Virus record (IMG/VR): IMGVR_UViG_3300037961_002813
Coordinates: 42,559-106,558 of that record
DNA from: a virus
Reading direction: 5' to 3' (one strand)
Length of the DNA stretch: 64,000 nucleotides
In this document: in pieces, positions 46,784-57,758 of the stretch
Position numbering within the stretch: the first letter of the stretch is position 1
How the letters are laid out: the number at the start of each line of letters is the position of its first letter
The notes under the pieces: model-generated
Database searches by the model: none
What the model saw: only the letters and a program-made list of their open reading frames with translations
Told to the model about the DNA's origin: nothing
Position numbers and translations under genes: made by a program

Positions 46784-47379
46784 AGCCAAGATTTGAAAAG
46801 ATGAGTTATGAAACTACAGTTATGCTTGAAAAAGCAAAAGCGATGAATGACAGGCTAGATAGAATAGAGAAAGAAATGACTCTACCACTGTCAGCAGGTA
46901 CACCTCGAACATCAAAAAGAGGTAAAATGGAAAGCATGAGAACACCTCGTGAGGGTATGCGTGAAACCGGTGAGATGCCTCTTCCGGGTACAGGTGACGA
47001 TACAGGTATGGCTACAAAGGCTGAAGGTTGTCCCGACTGTGGCGGTAAAAAATGTACATGTAAAGATTGTCCTTCATGTGGTTCTAAAGTAAATAAAGCG
47101 GGTATGTGTAAAGCAAATTGTGTACCGGGTAATAAAATGGCTAAAGCCCAACCCGGATTTGCACCCGAAAAAATCACTGACATCAATCCTCACTTCGTAG
47201 CAGAATCCGGTGGACAGACTAAGAGTGGTTATTTTACTACTAATGGTAAAACTATTGAAACTGAAGATGCTAAACCAAAGAGAAAGAAAGCAGATTCTAA
47301 GGTGAACATGGAAAGACTATCATCAAGACAAAACCCGCACTCCGATACAGGAGTCGTTAGAGAAGAAAAGTTTGATTGA
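46780..47379 (+). CDS. Hypothetical protein with Cys cluster
   Basis: CPDCGGKKCTCKDCPSC. Confidence 0.65.
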   Translation: MKPRFEKMSYETTVMLEKAKAMNDRLDRIEKEMTLPLSAGTPRTSKRGKMESMRTPREGMRETGEMPLPGTGDDTGMATKAEGCPDCGGKKCTCKDCPSCGSKVNKAGMCKANCVPGNKMAKAQPGFAPEKITDINPHFVAESGGQTKSGYFTTNGKTIETEDAKPKRKKADSKVNMERLSSRQNPHSDTGVVREEKFD

Positions 47380-47388
47380 GGTGATATT

Positions 47389-47559
47389 GTGAAACCTATA
47401 GCGGTTAAAAAAGCAAATATCAACTCTAAACTTAGAGAAGCGGGAGAAGCGGGAATGCCTATAGTATGTAGAAAGTGCGGTGGCACAAATACTTCGGGTT
47501 GTAAATTACATCAAGGTATGGATATACACGCATGTCCTTTATTTGAACCGCTATCATAG
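47389..47559 (+). CDS. Small Zn-binding protein (56 aa)
   Basis: Manual translation from GTG after GAGGTG: MKPIAVKKAN...CRKCGG...CKLH...CPLF. Confidence 0.6.
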   Translation: MKPIAVKKANINSKLREAGEAGMPIVCRKCGGTNTSGCKLHQGMDIHACPLFEPLS

Positions 47560-47562
47560 GCG

Positions 47563-50500
47563 GTGAAAATAATGATAGATGATTTCAACATTCGTAAAAA
47601 TGAGTTTGTAATATCTCTTTACGATGGTTTAGATTTATCTCGAAGTGCCGCAGAATACATTATGGCATGGGAATCTTTAGAAAAATCCCCTAGCGATTTA
47701 TTTTCTTTAAATCTTAAAGATACTGCTGAAACAATAATTAAATTCGATAAAAAGGAAGGTGTAGGTTATTTATTGGCTAGTATGCCTACTTTTGGTGAGC
47801 CAACAAATCATGTTTGGGCTAACGGTTTAATTCGTAGAGAAGGTAGAGGTCACTCGATATTTCCTACTTATAGAGCAGATGTGAAGTCATCTTACACAGA
47901 TACTCACTTTCCTTATCATGAAATGAACCATCCATTAAGGCAGATAAACCACGCTACAGGTTTACCAAATATGTTTGAAGTGCTTAGGTCATTTGCGTTA
48001 GGTGGTGCAAGTACACAAGAAATGGAGATGGAGAAAAAGTGGTATAAGACTATGACAGAAAAAAATAGTCCTTTAGTTACCGGCATAAAAGCGGGTTCTA
48101 AAACTATACCAATTCTTGGAGATATTAATGCACCGGGAACTGTAGCACAGCATCAACATCATCTGTACGAAAGAGATTATAGAAGATGGAAAAAGCAAAA
48201 TGCAGATTTAGAAACAGAACTCCAAAGTAGAGGTTTGAAAGGCAAGGAGTTGGAAAGTGAACTGCGCCATAGTCACTTTGATGATAAAGTAAAGGAGTGG
48301 ACAAGTAAAGAAGGAGAGTTAGGTTTAGACGGTTTTATGTACGGTCTTGAATGGTTTACACCCGAAGAAAGAGATTCTATTGAAGAACAGTTACACGAAG
48401 GTATAGATAAAAAATCAACACTTACATTACCCAATGGTGAGAAAATACCCACCGCTAGAATAGCAGTAAATAATTTACTTAGAAGAACACCCGAAATGAA
48501 CTTTATGCTTAGGTCAAATCAAAATTTTGGCCGTAATGCTCATTATCGAAATCAATCTAATGAAGAAGATTATTCTCAAGGTGAAAACAGATTCATTAGA
48601 AGTGCTTTAGGAGAATATGTCCATAATCAAAACGATATGTTAGACTATCCTATCGCTGATTATATATTGAGTGAGATTAATGAAAAATATGCTGTTGATG
48701 ATAAAGCACCTTTACAAGTACTACCGTCACTTCAAATTCATAAAACAAAACCTAAAGATAAATATAATTATCAAGATTTACAAAGAGCATCTAAACACAA
48801 AAGACTCTCTATGGAAGATTTACTTTTCTTAGCGGGATTTGACCCTAACACGAAACAGTTGATTGATGACCACCCCATACATGGTAAAATGGATGGGCCG
48901 ATAATTGATTTACCAACGCTAGAAAAAGTACAAGACCATGCACGACGCAACGGAACAGTTCAACAATTAGCAAAAGAAATGGTGAATGATTTAGCGTTTT
49001 TAAAATCACCACACGGTCCTCATCCCGATGAAGAAAAACAAGAATTTTGGGAAAATCATCCCGATGGATATACATACGGTCCGGGTAAATTTTATTCTTC
49101 TTTGTATGCTAATATACCGGGTATGAATGTATCACCTGCAACATGGATTGAATTTTTACACTCTATGTCACATGACAAAGATAACTCTATCATGTTTCAA
49201 ACAGACCCAAGTAACTATCAATTTTGGATGCCAAATCAAGATAACACTATTTTAGGAATGCATTTCGGTCCACTGTTTGCGCCACCCATAGGGGCTTTTG
49301 ATGCTACTAAGTATAAATTTGATTATACTCCCGAAAAAATGCCTTTGCAAAATATATTTTCTCCTTTTGGTACAGGTAAATCTTCTAATCGAACTGAAAA
49401 AAATAACTATACCGAGCATAAATCGGCAATCAATCCAATGTATGAGTATGCAATAAGAACAGCAAATCCTGCTTTTAAACAACAACTAGGTACACATAAT
49501 CAACATTTAGAACCACACACTTCAACTAATCCTACTATTATGCCTAAATCTACATCTATGTATGGTACGCATCCTAGTGATAGTAGATTACACGAAAGAG
49601 CAGTTAAAGCACAATTACATAACACATTTTTGAATAGAGTTGGTCATCCATTTACTCCACCAAAAAAAGCCATAGCGCAACTTAAAGATTTTTTAACAGG
49701 TGACTTAACATTATCAGCAGGTCTCGGCCTTCAAGAATTCAAAGATTATGTGGGGTGGGATTCTAAACCTACCACTTATAGTAATGTCAAAGATACTATA
49801 GAAACAGGCGATTACCCAATAGTTAGATTAGTAAATTCAGTTAGTAAAATACTCAATACAACAGATAGTAGAAAAATCAACAATTTTATAGAAAATTTGT
49901 CTGTTGATAAAAACGATGAAAATTATAAAATTCTACATGACTATTATATAGATAACCACGATTTTGCTGTTAATGATAAAATTAATTTAGATGAGGCTAG
50001 GTCTAAATTACAAAGTGTAACATCTAAACTTCATCAAAGAAAATTAGATGGTCCGAAAAAGAAATACCAACCTAAAACAACATCTACTGATGCTATTCAG
50101 TCTATCCTAAGATTTGGTGGTGACAATGTTTCTACTGAAAAAGAAAATAGAATTAGAGAAACTATTGATTCAATAAATGAAATGATGATGAATCCCGATT
50201 TATCACAAGAGCAAGTAATGGGTTTGAGAGAAGATTTACAAGATGCTGTGACTCAATTAAATCAAGTTCAATTATCTGCAAAACAAAAAGATAAACCGAC
50301 ATCGCATTGGAAAATTAATGCTAAACAGTATTTAGATATGCTACGGTCTCATCATGATACAGTTGTTGATTATGCTAAAAATGTCGTAATGCCGTTAGTT
50401 CTTGAACAACAACCCGATGCTTTTGACCCTAACAACCCTGTACAGTTTATACATAATGTACAAAAATTATTGGCTGACACACAAAGACACATTTTAGCAA

Positions 50501-53142
50501 CTGACAATCACGATTTATCTCCTGTAACTTACGGAATAGATTACAATGTGGTCAGTCAAAAACCAAAAGAAATTAATGAACATGGTGCTATTGCTAATCA
50601 TTTACTAGAAAATGGTGCAGAAATAGATGGTAACATGTCGGTTGATGAAGTAATTAATATGTTAAACTTAGAAAAAACTCCCGCTATGAAAGAACATGTT
50701 GCTAATATTATTAATGAATCTTCTTTGAGACAACAACCATTATTTGTTTCAACAGTGGGTAATCTGCTTACAAGTGGTACATTATCAAAAATAGGAAATG
50801 CAGATATATCTCATTTACATACTCCTAATGATGATATTATGGGTACTGAATATGATGATTTAAACAGTAACGATAAGTTCCATCACGATTTACATAATTC
50901 AAATATTCATAACGCAATAACTATTGCACAAAAGAGAGCAAGAAAAGAAAATGAAAATTGGAAAGCAAATCCTATACATGGATTATCTCAATCATTAAAC
51001 CATATTCTTAACACAAAACATTTTGGACAATCAATGCAAAATAGCGGATTAGAATTTTTCCACGCTAGAGACTTTGATGCTCATGGTGCAAAAGATATGG
51101 GTAAAGGGGTTAAGAAAGTCACCGCTACTACTAGAAATAATTTAGACTCTTTAATTGTGTTAGATGAAAGAAAGTTAATGGATGAAAGAGGTGGTATATT
51201 AGAAAGCGCATTTGAAGCACCTACAACTGAAACAGTTGCTAGAGCCGGTTTAGGTACTCATTCTAAGATAGGTAGAGTGAACCCCACTAATGCATCTATC
51301 TACAATATATTCGGTGTAGGAGATATTCATGAAGGGTTTGTAGCAGAACCTTCGTTTGGTATTGAAACTAACATAGAAGGTGAACCAATAGTTGGAGAAT
51401 ATACTCAACCGGGCTTTTATCCAAGAGTAAGTGAAGAAGCGTTGAACACATTGTTTGGAGAAGAAACCGTACAACAGGTACTACCAAATTTACCACCACC
51501 TCAAACTACCCTTTCAGCACATCAAGGAGTAAATATGGATACATACTTATCTCCATCGGATGACCCTTCAACTATTGCTATGAGTGAAGTTTCTACATAT
51601 ATCACATCATTACTTAATCCCGATATATTACTAATGAAAAACGATGATGTAAAATGGTCACCTCCTATTAGACCAATGCATCGTATTTTTGAAATAAGCG
51701 ATTTACACCATCTAAGAGGGTTTAGTGGCTCGTGGGTAGTTAGTAAATGGTATGATGGTAAGAGAGTAATTATTGTAAACGAAGATGAAACTATTACTAC
51801 ATACGATGAAGATGGTAAAAAAGTAGGATTGAAAAAAGTATTCAAAGAAAATCTTTCAAAGTTAAATAAAAGAGATTATGTTATAGACGGTATTTTGGGT
51901 GAGGATGAATTAAACATAATAGATATTCTAAATTATGACGCTAACAATGTAAGCGATATGACTATGTTTGAAAGAATGAAATTATTAAGAAGTCAATTTG
52001 ACAGTCATGAAAATATAATTATTCCCGGTCCACATGATACTAAAATGACAGATGAAGAAGGTTTAGATGAAACGGTATCTAATCTGCAAAAAGAACATGA
52101 GGTGCTTTTACTAAGAGATGGTAAATCTACATACATGAAAGGAGAAAGGCGACATCCTAAATGGATGCTACTTAGAAACACTAAAGATTATAATTTCATA
52201 GTATTAGATGTAAAAGGTAAAAATTCACATACATATAGATTAGGTGCAGGGCCAATATTAGATGGGTCAAAATTAGGCAATAGAGCAGTAGAAGTAAATG
52301 GTCAAGAGTATATGGATATAGGCACTATACATAATCAAACGGATTCATACAAAGTAGGAGATGTGGTTAGAGTATCTATTACAGGAGTTACAAAGAAAAC
52401 TCGTGGTGGAAGAGATGTTTTCAATGTACAAATGAAACAAATAACCGGTAAGGGTGATGGTGAAGGTGCGGCTAGTGCCGAATCTTTAGATATACTTACT
52501 AAATCTTTAACTCCTATTTTAGTTCCGCATGATATAGAATATGATAATAATAAATTAAAAGTTATATTAAAAGATGTAGATACTGTAGAATATGATGTTG
52601 TGAGTTATGGTAACTTATGGTATTTAGAAAATCCATCTACAGCATTGAGTGGTATGGTAAAATCAAACTATCCTGTTACATTAGCAGAAAGTATGTATCC
52701 ATATTGGAGTGCTGTTGCACCGCTTATGTTTGATGGTCATTTAGTTAAAAGAGATGTACTAGATGAAAAACCTCCAAGCCGTAAACGGCAAGATAAACAA
52801 TCAGCAGGTATATTAGATGCAGATGATGATAACCGGTTACTAAAACCAACTACTAAGAAAGCCTTAGAGATAATTACTCGTGCTTTAGATAAATTACACA
52901 AAGAGCGCACTACATGGACAGGGCCGAAAGGTTTGGGTATAGATATGGCTACACCAATAGAATCCCCAAGTGGTCCAACTCGTTTGGCTAATGAAGAAAC
53001 TATGCCGGATTATGATGGTAGAAAGCGAAGTGATGAAAAAGAAATTGAGCCTAAGAAAAACAAAAAAGAGAAAAAACCAATAAAACATATAGAAGTAAAC
53101 GATAATACTTCGCAGTTGTCCGATTTTAACAAAATAGACTGA
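47563..53142 (+). CDS. Giant head-module protein with C-terminal ATP-dependent DNA ligase-like domain
   Basis: SKWYDGKR, VIDGIL, IIDIL, LLLRDGKSTY..GERRHPKW, OB-fold-like region; between portal and protease. Confidence 0.8.
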   Translation: MKIMIDDFNIRKNEFVISLYDGLDLSRSAAEYIMAWESLEKSPSDLFSLNLKDTAETIIKFDKKEGVGYLLASMPTFGEPTNHVWANGLIRREGRGHSIFPTYRADVKSSYTDTHFPYHEMNHPLRQINHATGLPNMFEVLRSFALGGASTQEMEMEKKWYKTMTEKNSPLVTGIKAGSKTIPILGDINAPGTVAQHQHHLYERDYRRWKKQNADLETELQSRGLKGKELESELRHSHFDDKVKEWTSKEGELGLDGFMYGLEWFTPEERDSIEEQLHEGIDKKSTLTLPNGEKIPTARIAVNNLLRRTPEMNFMLRSNQNFGRNAHYRNQSNEEDYSQGENRFIRSALGEYVHNQNDMLDYPIADYILSEINEKYAVDDKAPLQVLPSLQIHKTKPKDKYNYQDLQRASKHKRLSMEDLLFLAGFDPNTKQLIDDHPIHGKMDGPIIDLPTLEKVQDHARRNGTVQQLAKEMVNDLAFLKSPHGPHPDEEKQEFWENHPDGYTYGPGKFYSSLYANIPGMNVSPATWIEFLHSMSHDKDNSIMFQTDPSNYQFWMPNQDNTILGMHFGPLFAPPIGAFDATKYKFDYTPEKMPLQNIFSPFGTGKSSNRTEKNNYTEHKSAINPMYEYAIRTANPAFKQQLGTHNQHLEPHTSTNPTIMPKSTSMYGTHPSDSRLHERAVKAQLHNTFLNRVGHPFTPPKKAIAQLKDFLTGDLTLSAGLGLQEFKDYVGWDSKPTTYSNVKDTIETGDYPIVRLVNSVSKILNTTDSRKINNFIENLSVDKNDENYKILHDYYIDNHDFAVNDKINLDEARSKLQSVTSKLHQRKLDGPKKKYQPKTTSTDAIQSILRFGGDNVSTEKENRIRETIDSINEMMMNPDLSQEQVMGLREDLQDAVTQLNQVQLSAKQKDKPTSHWKINAKQYLDMLRSHHDTVVDYAKNVVMPLVLEQQPDAFDPNNPVQFIHNVQKLLADTQRHILATDNHDLSPVTYGIDYNVVSQKPKEINEHGAIANHLLENGAEIDGNMSVDEVINMLNLEKTPAMKEHVANIINESSLRQQPLFVSTVGNLLTSGTLSKIGNADISHLHTPNDDIMGTEYDDLNSNDKFHHDLHNSNIHNAITIAQKRARKENENWKANPIHGLSQSLNHILNTKHFGQSMQNSGLEFFHARDFDAHGAKDMGKGVKKVTATTRNNLDSLIVLDERKLMDERGGILESAFEAPTTETVARAGLGTHSKIGRVNPTNASIYNIFGVGDIHEGFVAEPSFGIETNIEGEPIVGEYTQPGFYPRVSEEALNTLFGEETVQQVLPNLPPPQTTLSAHQGVNMDTYLSPSDDPSTIAMSEVSTYITSLLNPDILLMKNDDVKWSPPIRPMHRIFEISDLHHLRGFSGSWVVSKWYDGKRVIIVNEDETITTYDEDGKKVGLKKVFKENLSKLNKRDYVIDGILGEDELNIIDILNYDANNVSDMTMFERMKLLRSQFDSHENIIIPGPHDTKMTDEEGLDETVSNLQKEHEVLLLRDGKSTYMKGERRHPKWMLLRNTKDYNFIVLDVKGKNSHTYRLGAGPILDGSKLGNRAVEVNGQEYMDIGTIHNQTDSYKVGDVVRVSITGVTKKTRGGRDVFNVQMKQITGKGDGEGAASAESLDILTKSLTPILVPHDIEYDNNKLKVILKDVDTVEYDVVSYGNLWYLENPSTALSGMVKSNYPVTLAESMYPYWSAVAPLMFDGHLVKRDVLDEKPPSRKRQDKQSAGILDADDDNRLLKPTTKKALEIITRALDKLHKERTTWTGPKGLGIDMATPIESPSGPTRLANEETMPDYDGRKRSDEKEIEPKKNKKEKKPIKHIEVNDNTSQLSDFNKID

Positions 53143-53204
53143 TTTCTTTTAGACATAAAGTATCAGTTCAATATAAATAGGATGACAGTAAGTTGTGTGA
53201 ATTG

Positions 53205-54620
53205 ATGCTAACTATACAGCGACCATCTGCGGGATTGAAAGTCCTAAAGAGTGGTAGTGATTTAGTTGTAGCCGGTTATGCATCTGTAGAACTTGTTGAT
53301 AAGCAAGGAGATTTGATTACTCGTGGTGCATTAAAAGATGCATTTGACGGTTTTATGAAGAGTGACAGATACAGAAATGTACAGTTGGCTCACTCTAATA
53401 TACAAGTTGGAGAAGTTATAGATAACTATGTAGACTCCAACGGAAGAATGTGGAAGTCCGAAGTAGACGACACAGGAATGTTTGTAGTTTGTAAACTACG
53501 AAACGATATAGAAAAGGCTCGTGAAGTAGCCGCAGAAATACGCAAAGGTAATTTGCAAGGATTCTCCATTGGTGGACAGGCTTTCAAGCGTGTTAGAAAG
53601 GCTGATGGTGAACACGGAGAATACCAAGAGATAAGTAAAATGGAACTCCATGAAATTACAATTTGTGAAAAAGGGATTAACCCGGAAGCACAATTTAGAA
53701 TTTTAAAGGAAGATGTGAATAATATGACAGATATAGACAGTGACCTAAACGCAGTAATGAACAGGCTAGAAGCAAGACTTGACGCTATGGAGAAAGGTGA
53801 AATTCCACCTCAACTCCGAGAGCATATCAAGGGTAAGAAAGATGATTCCGACGACAAGAAAGAAGAAAAGAAGGATGATAAGATGAAGGCCGAAGATGAA
53901 AAGAAAGATGAAAAGAAAGAAAAGAAAGATGATGACAAAATGAATTACATGAAAGGTGATGAATACAGTGATGTCATTAGTGCCGAGTACCTAAATTGGA
54001 TGGAAGATACTCTAAAATCCGCAGGTGTAGATACTCATTCAGCAAGAGCGCACTTTGATGCTCTTGAGAAAGCACAACTTGGTGGATTCGACAACCCGGA
54101 TACAGTAGACGGTGCAGATTACTTCGCCGGACAAGTTAGAGGCCGAGGACAAACCGCAGGTAGTCCATCAACCGGTGCTATCAATGCAGTAAGTCAAAGC
54201 GGTGGAAAGCAACCGGCAGGGGCTATGGGTGCGGCTGACCTTTCAAAATCCTACATTCACCCATCGAGTGTTTCAGCATCCGATATTGAGGCGGCTTATG
54301 AAGTCTACAAAGCGGCGGCTATGGAACAACAATTCCGTGGTGACCTAGAAGGACACTTTGCTTCAAGATTTGCTAAAGAGCAAGAAATTGCTAAGTCCGA
54401 AGCAGAAAAGGCTCAATTTGATGCTCGTGAACCAATTAGTGAAGTCATGAAAGCAATTTCAAACCTTTCCGAAAGAATTGACAACCTAACTACAGAAGGA
54501 ACAACAATTGCAAAGGCTGACCTATCAACAAATGTTACAATCCCATCTACTCAAGACCTAAGTAACATGTCTTGGGATGAGGTACACACACTAGCAAATA
54601 GTGTCTACAGGGGTGCTTGA
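53205..54620 (+). CDS. Prohead protease fused to scaffold
   Basis: VAGYASVELVDKQGD, QLAHSNIQVG (His), GFSIGG (Ser), LHEITICEKGINPEA; charged coiled-coil C-terminal half. Confidence 0.92.
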   Translation: MLTIQRPSAGLKVLKSGSDLVVAGYASVELVDKQGDLITRGALKDAFDGFMKSDRYRNVQLAHSNIQVGEVIDNYVDSNGRMWKSEVDDTGMFVVCKLRNDIEKAREVAAEIRKGNLQGFSIGGQAFKRVRKADGEHGEYQEISKMELHEITICEKGINPEAQFRILKEDVNNMTDIDSDLNAVMNRLEARLDAMEKGEIPPQLREHIKGKKDDSDDKKEEKKDDKMKAEDEKKDEKKEKKDDDKMNYMKGDEYSDVISAEYLNWMEDTLKSAGVDTHSARAHFDALEKAQLGGFDNPDTVDGADYFAGQVRGRGQTAGSPSTGAINAVSQSGGKQPAGAMGAADLSKSYIHPSSVSASDIEAAYEVYKAAAMEQQFRGDLEGHFASRFAKEQEIAKSEAEKAQFDAREPISEVMKAISNLSERIDNLTTEGTTIAKADLSTNVTIPSTQDLSNMSWDEVHTLANSVYRGA

Positions 54621-54653
54621 GGATAATAAATTAAAAATTAGGAGATGAAAAAT

Positions 54654-55823
54654 ATGGCAAGAGATTACATAAGAAACATAACAGATATGGAAAGATATTT
54701 TTACGGCGCAGGTAACGCTATGGGCTATTCCTACTCCGGTAGTGAATTGTTGAAGGCTGACGCACCAATGCTAAGTACTACAGCAGGAACATACCAAGCA
54801 ATCTACGGTAGAAAAGTTTGGTCACAGTTGAACCAAGAGTTTAACGCATTCTCAATTCTACCTAAGAGACCATGGGAAAGAAGTGGTTGGAGAGTTATTA
54901 CTGACAGACCATCCTTTGCTAAGGGTGGCGGTGTAGCAGAAAACGCTACTCTACCGGACACAACTAAACCACAGTTCCAACACATAGCCGCAAAACCAAA
55001 GACAGTTGTTCACACATTTGACATGAGTGAAACCGCTATGTTCTTGGCTGACAAAGATGACGGTCTAGGTGACATTCGTTCAGTACTAAAGGAAGAAATG
55101 GGTAAGCACCACGCAGAACACATCAACAAGATGCTTACACAAGACTGTGACACAGTAGCAGGTAACGACTTTGAATCACTAGACAGAATCACCGGAAATG
55201 ACGGTGGTGCAACCGGTGGACTAACCTCTTTGGAAACAGGTGCGGCGGCGGCAGACCACTGTGGCGCAGGTGACCTTGACATCTACAGTATTGACCGAAG
55301 TGCAAACTCATGGTCAAATGCAGAAGTAAACTGTGGTAGCGACCAAGATGCGGCTAACAGAAGGACTCTTTCACTAGACCATTTAGACACACTATTCCAA
55401 CAGATTTGGGTTCGTGGTGGTAATCCAAAGGTTATCCTAACAGGATATGATACTCTAATGAGACTTCAACAACTACTACAAAGCCAACAAAGGTTCATGG
55501 AAGAGAAGAGAGTTACACCAACCTACAACGGTGTTAAGGGTGTACCGGGTATTGAAGCCGGTTTCATCGTAGCAACCTACAACGGTGTACCAATCATTCC
55601 ATCTAAAGATGTAGTAAAAGACGGTATTTCCCGTATGTATTTCTTAGATACTGATTACACATACTTCTCAACTGCTATACCAACTCAATACTTTGAATCC
55701 GGTATCGAAACCGGTGACCCATTCGCTATTAACCGTCTAGGACAAGAGGGTATGTACCGTTCAATGGGAGAAATTTGGACAACTTTCTTTGGAGGACATG
55801 GTTCAATTCGTGACCTACAGTGA
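54654..55823 (+). CDS. Major capsid protein (HK97-like fold)
   Basis: Follows protease; ILPKRPW, GGVAENATLP, YNGVPIIPS; high-expression codon usage. Confidence 0.9.
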   Translation: MARDYIRNITDMERYFYGAGNAMGYSYSGSELLKADAPMLSTTAGTYQAIYGRKVWSQLNQEFNAFSILPKRPWERSGWRVITDRPSFAKGGGVAENATLPDTTKPQFQHIAAKPKTVVHTFDMSETAMFLADKDDGLGDIRSVLKEEMGKHHAEHINKMLTQDCDTVAGNDFESLDRITGNDGGATGGLTSLETGAAAADHCGAGDLDIYSIDRSANSWSNAEVNCGSDQDAANRRTLSLDHLDTLFQQIWVRGGNPKVILTGYDTLMRLQQLLQSQQRFMEEKRVTPTYNGVKGVPGIEAGFIVATYNGVPIIPSKDVVKDGISRMYFLDTDYTYFSTAIPTQYFESGIETGDPFAINRLGQEGMYRSMGEIWTTFFGGHGSIRDLQ

Positions 55824-55861
55824 GGTTAATGGAGAAAAAAATATTAAGGAGATGATTAAAT

Positions 55862-56326
55862 ATGGCTAAGCAAACAGAAACAGAAAATGGATTAACAATT
55901 AGTTATGAAGATAGCGAATTTTCAGCGATGGAGATACTATTAGACCTTGACATGAGAACAGGAACACCTGTAGAAGAAACAGGTTGGTTAGATGGAAATG
56001 CAGGTGGCTCTTATCCGGGTACATTAGCAGGTTTTAATGCCGCTAATACTGATGGAAACGCAGTTGGAAGTTTAAGAATGGTGACAATATCTTTTACCCT
56101 TGCTACTGCTGATGCAGAAGTATTTGTGTTTACCGCAGGTTGCTCTAAGATTATTGGTGTAGTTGGTACTACTCTTGAAGTTGCAGATAAAACTCTTTCA
56201 GTTAGAACAACTGAAATAGGTGACGATGCTTCACCGCCTACATTTACAGGTGGTGCATTAAGCGGTGTTGAACTTCACGCAGAAGGTGCAGGTGCAGGTA
56301 CAGTCACACTTCTAATGCTTAATTGA
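55862..56326 (+). CDS. Putative capsid decoration protein
   Basis: Acidic Gly/Ala/Thr-rich; strong GGAG SD; immediately after MCP. Confidence 0.6.
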   Translation: MAKQTETENGLTISYEDSEFSAMEILLDLDMRTGTPVEETGWLDGNAGGSYPGTLAGFNAANTDGNAVGSLRMVTISFTLATADAEVFVFTAGCSKIIGVVGTTLEVADKTLSVRTTEIGDDASPPTFTGGALSGVELHAEGAGAGTVTLLMLN

Positions 56327-56336
56327 GGTGGGCTAA

Positions 56337-56714
56337 GTGCCTACAGTAACCTATAAAGGGATTTATTACGAATCCCGTAGAACAGACACTAAAGATGTTT
56401 GGGTTAGAGGTAAAGCAGTAGAAGTATCTCAAGAGTGGCTTAACACTCATAGACATTCTTTGGATAGTAAAAACTTCCTCATCGAAGGCGATGAAGGAGA
56501 AACTGTTGATTTGAAAGATGACGGTATACCGGATGTAGCATGGGCTAGAAAAGATATTCTAAAATGGCTTAAAGATAATGGAGTCAAAACAGGCGCAGGT
56601 TACTTAACTAAAACCGCCGCTTTAGAATTAGTAGAATCTCACTTGAATCCACCTGTAATTGAGGAAGTTTTAAGTGAAGAAGAAAATACGGAAATAACAG
56701 GAAGTGAACAATAA
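56337..56714 (+). CDS. Hypothetical virion/head-completion protein
   Basis: ORF with GAGGTG SD. Confidence 0.6.
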   Translation: MPTVTYKGIYYESRRTDTKDVWVRGKAVEVSQEWLNTHRHSLDSKNFLIEGDEGETVDLKDDGIPDVAWARKDILKWLKDNGVKTGAGYLTKTAALELVESHLNPPVIEEVLSEEENTEITGSEQ

Positions 56715-57253
56715 TGACAGTAACAATTGATACAAGAACGCATGTAATGGGCGATATGCTCATGATAACAGGAACATTTGATAATGAAGGAGGTAGTGTG
56801 CCTTATGACGGACTACTAGGAACAGTTTTCGCCGCAAGCGGTCACTTGGAAGATACTATATTCAATACAGGTGTGAGAATAAACAACGGTGGAGGTTATG
56901 CCGCAGGAACTAATAATATTACCGTTGATACTGTAGATGCTCGGTTATATTTTAATAAAGGAGAGGACATTTATGACCTTGCTACAGGGAAAAGGTTGGC
57001 TACAATCTCAAGAGTAGCCAATGCTACTACCATTTTGCTAGAGTCACCGGGTTTGACACAAGCCGTACTTGATAGTGATAAATTAGCAAAATTCGGCCCA
57101 CACCAAGGTTCAGTAACTCTTGAAAACGGAGATTTCCATGTAGGTATTGATACTGTTGCTAAAAGAGTGCAATTTACTCATGGTAATGCAGGTGCAACTT
57201 CGGATGAAGCAAATTATAAAGGCAGATTTTGGATTCTTGGTAGCAGGGCTTGA
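56714..57253 (+). CDS. Putative virion structural protein
   Basis: Beta-rich, INNGGGYAAG motif. Confidence 0.6.
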   Translation: MTVTIDTRTHVMGDMLMITGTFDNEGGSVPYDGLLGTVFAASGHLEDTIFNTGVRINNGGGYAAGTNNITVDTVDARLYFNKGEDIYDLATGKRLATISRVANATTILLESPGLTQAVLDSDKLAKFGPHQGSVTLENGDFHVGIDTVAKRVQFTHGNAGATSDEANYKGRFWILGSRA

Positions 57254-57277
57254 TTCACCTAGCAGAAGGTGATTTAA

Positions 57278-57451
57278 TTGGCTAAAACATGCACAATACT
57301 CGGTCCTTACGCACAGGCAGACTTTAACGACTCTACTAAGAGAACCGCTATACAAACTGCAATTGTAACGGCTTTTAGTACTAATACTCCTGTGTCAGCA
57401 GACCCGCATGTAATACTTGGTAACATCTACATATTCGTGACCACATCTTGA
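57278..57451 (+). CDS. Small hypothetical protein (57 aa)
   Basis: TTG start after AGGTGA; MAKTCTILGPY...IYIFVTTS*. Confidence 0.55.
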   Translation: MAKTCTILGPYAQADFNDSTKRTAIQTAIVTAFSTNTPVSADPHVILGNIYIFVTTS

Positions 57452-57460
57452 GGTGGTTAA

Positions 57461-57754
57461 ATGGGGTTTGATTTACAGAAATTAGACCTTAGCGACTTAG
57501 TGAGAGCGAGTAAGCAAGGTGTCAAGTTAGATACACATTCAGCCGTTGTAGCAGATAATGAACATCCACTAAAGGGTGTTACATCTCAACAACGAAATCG
57601 CAATAAAAATATAGGTGATATACTTAACATTGGTTCGGGAACAAGATGTACACACTGTGGCTTTCTACATTTTATGTGGAGAGCAACATGTGCCACATGT
57701 GACAAACCAATGGAATATAATCTAGGACATAGAGATGAAGAAAACAGGATATGA
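57461..57754 (+). CDS. Zn-ribbon protein
   Basis: CTHCG...CATC. Confidence 0.7.
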   Translation: MGFDLQKLDLSDLVRASKQGVKLDTHSAVVADNEHPLKGVTSQQRNRNKNIGDILNIGSGTRCTHCGFLHFMWRATCATCDKPMEYNLGHRDEENRI

Positions 57755-57758
57755 TATT

